Positions 59,636 to 64,000 of a DNA stretch of 64,000 nt are shown here, one piece after another (positions within the stretch are counted from its first letter, which is position 1; every line of letters begins with the position of its first letter). The stretch is from Patescibacteria group bacterium (GTDB lineage Bacteria > Patescibacteriota > UBA1384 > UBA12157 > JAENIV01), in the NCBI GenBank assembly GCA_041666185.1, contig JBAYHL010000001.1, positions 153,619-217,618 on the forward strand, given 5' to 3'. The translations under genes and the position numbers were made by a program. Below the pieces are notes generated by a model. That model was not told the DNA's origin and made no database searches. It saw only the letters and a list, made by a program, of their open reading frames with translations.

Positions 59636-61073
59636 CAAATCTCCTTTGTCGGTTTTTATAAAACCATAAACCAATTAACCCATAAAATAACGCCATCCAC
59701 CACCAACCATGTAATTTTAATTCAAGACTTGCCCAAGAAATTTTCGAAAAAGTCTCTACCACCACTATTATATATTTAAGAAAAAGCCAACCAGCATACC
59801 CAACAATTTGACCAAAATTCATCCAAATAAAACCACTTATACCAATTAAAAAAACAAAAAGCATCGCCGTTGGGATAAGCCATAAAATTAGAATATTAAC
59901 AATTGGGGAAATAAGACTCACGCGACCAAAATAATAAATTAAAATCGGTAAAACCATTATTTGAGCAGCTAAAGTTTCTGTTAAAATTAATTTCAAAGTA
60001 TCTGGCAACCACTTAATGATTTTTAAATTTCTTAATACTGGCGAAAGATAAACAAGACCGATAAAAGCCAGAAAACTAAGTTGAAAAGAAATATCAAATT
60101 TTAACATGTACGGATTTAAAAGAAGCATTAAAGATGCCACTAATAAAAGTAAAATGAATAAATTAACTCTCCTTCCCTCATATTGCCCCCAAACAATTAA
60201 AGAAGCAATTAAACCCGCTCTTACAACTGAAGCTGCCGCACCAGTCATAATAACAAACATTAGGATAAGACTAACCGAACCCCAAAATTTTAGTTTTCTC
60301 GAAATTATTCCTAAAATCAAACCTAGGTAAATAATCATAATTGTCACGTTAAAACCTGAGACAGCAATAACATGAGTTGTGCCAGTTCGATTAAAATCGG
60401 ACATCAAAGAGTCTGGTATATTTCTTTTAGAACCCAAAATCAAACCAGCAGCAAAAGAAGCGTATGGTTCTGACAAAGTTTTATTTAAAATTTCCTCAAA
60501 TCTATCACGAATCTGATAGATTGTCTTTTTAAAAATGTTGCCGGAATTATTTATTTTTACAATTTCTACTGGATTGTAAATTACACCCAAAATTCCTTGA
60601 TGAAATTGGTAATCATTAGGTTCTTTTAAAATCCCTTTAATTTTAAGATTGTCGCCGTATTGATACTCTGGATAACGATTAGCAACAACTTGAATTTTAG
60701 AATTTTGATAAATAACCGTATAACGTGAATTATTGCTTAAAAAATCCGGGTGACTGACAATTTGCCCCTCGAATAATATTTCCTGACTAAATGGAAGTGT
60801 AATTTCTCTTTGCCAATTATCCCAAATGCGAAAATAGCCGAAACCAAGCAAGAAACCCAAAAACGAAATTAAAACCAACCGCCAAAAAAAATTGGTCCAA
60901 AAAACTATAAGAACAATTAGTAAACCAACAAAAATGCCAGCTAACCACCAAATATCAATTTTTACCAAATCACTTAAAAATGCTCCTATAATAAATAGTA
61001 AAAGAAAACCAATTACAAACATTGAACGACTGACAGAATTAATTTTAAATTTGTTAAAGAGTTGATTAAACAT
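59616..61073 (-). CDS. comEC: competence channel ComEC/Rec2 (membrane part)
   Basis: GTTHVIAVSGFN, ASVVRA, SFQLSFLA and many TMs. Start placed at MFNQLF. Confidence 0.92.
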   Translation of the reverse strand: MFNQLFNKFKINSVSRSMFVIGFLLLFIIGAFLSDLVKIDIWWLAGIFVGLLIVLIVFWTNFFWRLVLISFLGFLLGFGYFRIWDNWQREITLPFSQEILFEGQIVSHPDFLSNNSRYTVIYQNSKIQVVANRYPEYQYGDNLKIKGILKEPNDYQFHQGILGVIYNPVEIVKINNSGNIFKKTIYQIRDRFEEILNKTLSEPYASFAAGLILGSKRNIPDSLMSDFNRTGTTHVIAVSGFNVTIMIIYLGLILGIISRKLKFWGSVSLILMFVIMTGAAASVVRAGLIASLIVWGQYEGRRVNLFILLLLVASLMLLLNPYMLKFDISFQLSFLAFIGLVYLSPVLRNLKIIKWLPDTLKLILTETLAAQIMVLPILIYYFGRVSLISPIVNILILWLIPTAMLFVFLIGISGFIWMNFGQIVGYAGWLFLKYIIVVVETFSKISWASLELKLHGWWWMALFYGLIGLWFYKNRQRRFDESAKT

Positions 61074-61100
61074 TAATTTAATTATATAATATTTTCTGAT

Positions 61101-61577
61101 ATGACTAAAAAAATTAAAAAAGACGAGACAAATAACAAGATTCTTGAACTTGAAAAACAAATTCAAGAATTAAAAATTGGTTGGCAAAGAACCCAGGCCG
61201 ATTTTGATAATTACCAAAAAAGAATTGAGTCTGAAAAATTAGAGAACTTAGCTTATACTAAAGCCGAGTTCATGACTAAATTAACACCAGTTTTAGATAA
61301 TTTTTATCGCGCTTTTGCGCAAATTAAAAAAGATGATCAGATAAGTAACGGTTTTAGACAAATTCAAAAACAGCTCGAAGATATTTTGAAAGAAGAAGGT
61401 TTAGAAAAAATTCCCGCAAATTCTGGTGATAAATTTGACCCTAATTTTCACGAAGCCATTTCCTATGAGGAAAATAGTCAAGTAAAAGACACTATTATAG
61501 ATACCTACGAATCCGGCTGGCAATTCGAAAATAAAGTTCTCAAACCCGCTAAAGTACGAGTTTCAAAGGGAAAGTAA
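61101..61577 (+). CDS. grpE: nucleotide exchange factor GrpE
   Basis: RTQADFDNYQKR, PVLDNF, FDPNFHEAI, KPAKVRV. Confidence 0.96.
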   Translation: MTKKIKKDETNNKILELEKQIQELKIGWQRTQADFDNYQKRIESEKLENLAYTKAEFMTKLTPVLDNFYRAFAQIKKDDQISNGFRQIQKQLEDILKEEGLEKIPANSGDKFDPNFHEAISYEENSQVKDTIIDTYESGWQFENKVLKPAKVRVSKGK

Positions 61578-61587
61578 AATTAATCTC

Positions 61588-61616
61588 TTGACAAAATGTA
61601 AAGCAAACTTTACAAT
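61588..61616 (+). promoter_or_regulatory. sigma70 promoter of dnaK with an overlapping inverted repeat
   Basis: TTGACA-17 nt-TACAAT containing TGTAAAG-CAAA-CTTTACA. Confidence 0.65.
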
Positions 61617-61654
61617 TATTTTAGAGTAAAAAATATTATAGAAAGGAAATAATT

Positions 61655-63559
61655 ATGTCAAAGATTATTGGCATCGACCTTGGAACTACTAATAGTGTTG
61701 TCGCCTGTATTGAGGGCGGCAAACCAAAAGTTATACCTACGGCTGAAGGAAGCAATTTATGTCCTTCAATTGTTGCTCAAAATAAAAATGATGAAAGATT
61801 GGTTGGACAATTTGCAAAAAGGCAAGCAACTACCAATCCTGAAAATACAATTTTTTCCGTAAAACGTCTTATTGGCCGACGTTTCGAAGAGGAAGAAATT
61901 CAAAAAGATCTCAAACTTATGCCTTACAAGATTGCTAAATCTGGCGATGGAGTAAAAGTTGTTATGGTGGACAAAGAATATTCCCCTCAAGAAATTTCTG
62001 CTTTTATTCTCCAAAAATTAAAAACTGATGCAGAAAGTTATTTAGGCGAAAAAGTCACTGAAGCTGTTATCACCGTACCGGCTTATTTTAATGATTCTCA
62101 AAGGCAAGCAACTAAAGACGCTGGTAAAATTGCCGGGTTAGAAGTTAAAAGAATTATCAATGAGCCAACTGCTTCGTCACTTGCCTACGGACTTGATAAG
62201 AAAAAAGAAGGTTACGTAGCTATTTATGACTTTGGTGGAGGAACTTTCGACATTACAATTTTAGAAATCGGTGAAGGTGTTTTTGAAGTTAAATCAACCG
62301 GTGGAGACACTCATTTGGGTGGAGACGACCTTGACCACTGTATAAGCGACTGGATTTTGAAAGAATTCGAAAAGCAAGAAGGTATTGATCTTAAAAATGA
62401 CCCGTTGGCTTTACAAAGAATTAAAGAAGCTGCTGAAAAAGCTAAATGCGAACTTTCTTCGTCAGCCGAAACAGAAATTAATTTACCATTTATCACAGCT
62501 TCAAGCGCTGGTCCAAAACATTTAGTTTTAAAAATTACTCGCGCAAAGCTAGAGGATCTAACCAGAGATTTAATCGAAAGAACTGTTCCTTTATGTGAAC
62601 AAGTAATTAGCGATGCTAAAGTGGATGTTAAAGATATTACTGAAGTAATTTTAGTTGGTGGACAAACTCGCATGCCTTTGATCTACGAAACTGTTAAAAA
62701 GATATTCAGCAAAGAACCATCAAAAGGCGTTAACCCGGATGAATGCGTCGCTCTAGGTGCCGCTATTCAAGCTGGTGTTTTAGGCGGCGAAGTAAAGGAT
62801 CTTTTACTTTTAGACGTCACACCTTTGACCTTGGGTCTTGAAACCTTGGGAAGTGTTATGACACCACTAATTGAAAGAAATACAACTGTGCCAACTTCTA
62901 AATCACAAGTATTTTCAACAGCTGCTGATAACCAAACCTCTGTAGAAATTCATATTTTGCAGGGCGAAAGACCAATGGCTGCCGATAACCGCACCCTAGG
63001 TCGTTTTATGCTTGACGGTATTCCCCCAGCCCCACGAGGCGTCCCTCAGGTAGAAGTTACCTTTGATATTGATGCTAATGGTATTTTAAATGTCAAAGCT
63101 CAAGACAAAGGCACCAATAAAGAACAAAAAATCACCATTACTTCATCTTCGGGACTTTCCAAAGAAGAAATTGCCAAAATGGAGCAAGAAGCTAAAGCGC
63201 ATGAGCAGGAAGATAAAAAGAAAAAAGATTTAATCGAAGCTAAAAATATCGCTGAAAGTCTAACCTATACTGCTGAAAAAGCCTTAAAAGATGCTGGCGA
63301 CAAAGTTCCAGAAGAATTAAAGAAAGAAATTGAAGAAAAAATTGCTAATCTAAAAGAAGCAGCAAAAACTGATGAATTAGAAAAAATTCAAAAAGCAACC
63401 GAGGATTTAAATCAAGTTATTCAAAAAATCGGCGAAGCAATGTACAAAAAGCCAACTGACGATTCGAAGCAGACAACTGATAGCGATAAAAAAACTGAAG
63501 GCGAAGAGCCGAAAGAAGAAGATAAAAAATCCGAAGAACAACCAGAAGAAAACAAATAA
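61655..63559 (+). CDS. dnaK: chaperone DnaK
   Basis: [30 protein letters not shown]. Confidence 0.99.
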   Translation: MSKIIGIDLGTTNSVVACIEGGKPKVIPTAEGSNLCPSIVAQNKNDERLVGQFAKRQATTNPENTIFSVKRLIGRRFEEEEIQKDLKLMPYKIAKSGDGVKVVMVDKEYSPQEISAFILQKLKTDAESYLGEKVTEAVITVPAYFNDSQRQATKDAGKIAGLEVKRIINEPTASSLAYGLDKKKEGYVAIYDFGGGTFDITILEIGEGVFEVKSTGGDTHLGGDDLDHCISDWILKEFEKQEGIDLKNDPLALQRIKEAAEKAKCELSSSAETEINLPFITASSAGPKHLVLKITRAKLEDLTRDLIERTVPLCEQVISDAKVDVKDITEVILVGGQTRMPLIYETVKKIFSKEPSKGVNPDECVALGAAIQAGVLGGEVKDLLLLDVTPLTLGLETLGSVMTPLIERNTTVPTSKSQVFSTAADNQTSVEIHILQGERPMAADNRTLGRFMLDGIPPAPRGVPQVEVTFDIDANGILNVKAQDKGTNKEQKITITSSSGLSKEEIAKMEQEAKAHEQEDKKKKDLIEAKNIAESLTYTAEKALKDAGDKVPEELKKEIEEKIANLKEAAKTDELEKIQKATEDLNQVIQKIGEAMYKKPTDDSKQTTDSDKKTEGEEPKEEDKKSEEQPEENK

Positions 63560-63567
63560 GTTTACAG

Positions 63568-63637
63568 GTATCTAACGGAATGTCCAAACTCTAATGTCAG
63601 ATTTAGACATTGATTAATTGGACATTTTGTTAGATAT
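63568..63637 (+). other. long hairpin between dnaK and dnaJ
   Basis: TATCTAACGGAATGTCCAA pairs with TTGGACATTTTGTTAGATA; inner AATGTC/GACATT stem. Confidence 0.7.
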
Positions 63638-63652
63638 TAAGACTTAGACATT

Positions 63653-64000
63653 ATGACTAAAGATTATTATAAAATTTTAGGTGTCTTAAAAAATGCTTCG
63701 CAAGACGAGATTAAGAAGTCTTATAGAAAATTAGCGCACCAGTATCATCCTGATAAAAATAAAGACCATGCCGATGGTGAACGCTTTAAGGAAATAAACG
63801 AAGCTTACCAAATACTTTCTGATCCCAAAAAAAGAACTCAATATGATCAGTTTGGAACAACCGATAATAGTGGTTTTGGCAGTGGTGCCAATTACCAAGA
63901 TTTTAGCGGCTTTTCCAGAGACGGTGGATTTGGTTTTAGTGGCGGTCTAGGTGATATTTTTGAAGATTTTTTCGGGGGGGTTTTCTCTCAAGTGCAAACA
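63653..64000 (+). CDS. dnaJ: chaperone DnaJ (5' part, runs off the window)
   Basis: [11 protein letters not shown]...YHPDKN...[11 protein letters not shown] and a G/F-rich region. Confidence 0.95.
   Translation, partial: MTKDYYKILGVLKNASQDEIKKSYRKLAHQYHPDKNKDHADGERFKEINEAYQILSDPKKRTQYDQFGTTDNSGFGSGANYQDFSGFSRDGGFGFSGGLGDIFEDFFGGVFSQVQT

Noticed and set aside
58775-61073. Split comEC as a frameshifted pseudogene
   Set aside because: The MBL half has its own SD (AAGGAG), ATG and N-terminal TM, and split ComEC is a known arrangement.
1280-62673. Many short antisense or alternate-frame ORFs in the track (e.g. 1280-1645, 9954-10397, 34740-35111, 42561-42944, 62311-62673)
   Set aside because: They overlap well-supported genes, lack SDs and motifs, and look like shadow ORFs.
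1-64000. CRISPR array, rRNA, IS element, integrase or reverse transcriptase
   Set aside because: No regularly spaced direct repeats, rRNA-like tracts or matching catalytic motifs were seen by eye.

Overview
AT-rich, gene-dense bacterial chromosome segment with most genes on the minus strand. Class I LysRS, short AlaRS and SecA, a secG-OppA pair, split ComEC, an FtsA-like/baseplate-J-like pair and almost no biosynthetic pathways suggest a Patescibacteria/CPR genome (inference, not a database result). The backbone is housekeeping: polX, ddl, secA, hpf, serS, lysS, greA, mreBCD-mrdA, mltG, ruvX, alaS, rpsA, miaA, recG, ruvC, yebC and grpE-dnaK-dnaJ. It also carries competence genes (comM, comEA, split comEC) and 8 tRNAs (4 Leu, Phe, Val, Cys, Gly). 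No rRNA, CRISPR array, integrase or transposase was seen. Main leads: (1) a tandemly duplicated, translationally coupled two-gene cassette of unknown function between lysS and serS; (2) an out-of-frame leader ORF that repeats the first 8 codons of galT with only synonymous changes, followed by a hairpin; (3) a membrane phosphodiesterase plus UgtP-like glycolipid synthase operon; (4) a GalT/GalE/GlgA/GT/APH-kinase sugar locus without galK or glgC in the window; (5) in-frame palindromic inserts in lysS and recG, plus several long periodic intergenic hairpins; (6) orphan purF and csrA. All calls come from motif recognition by eye.
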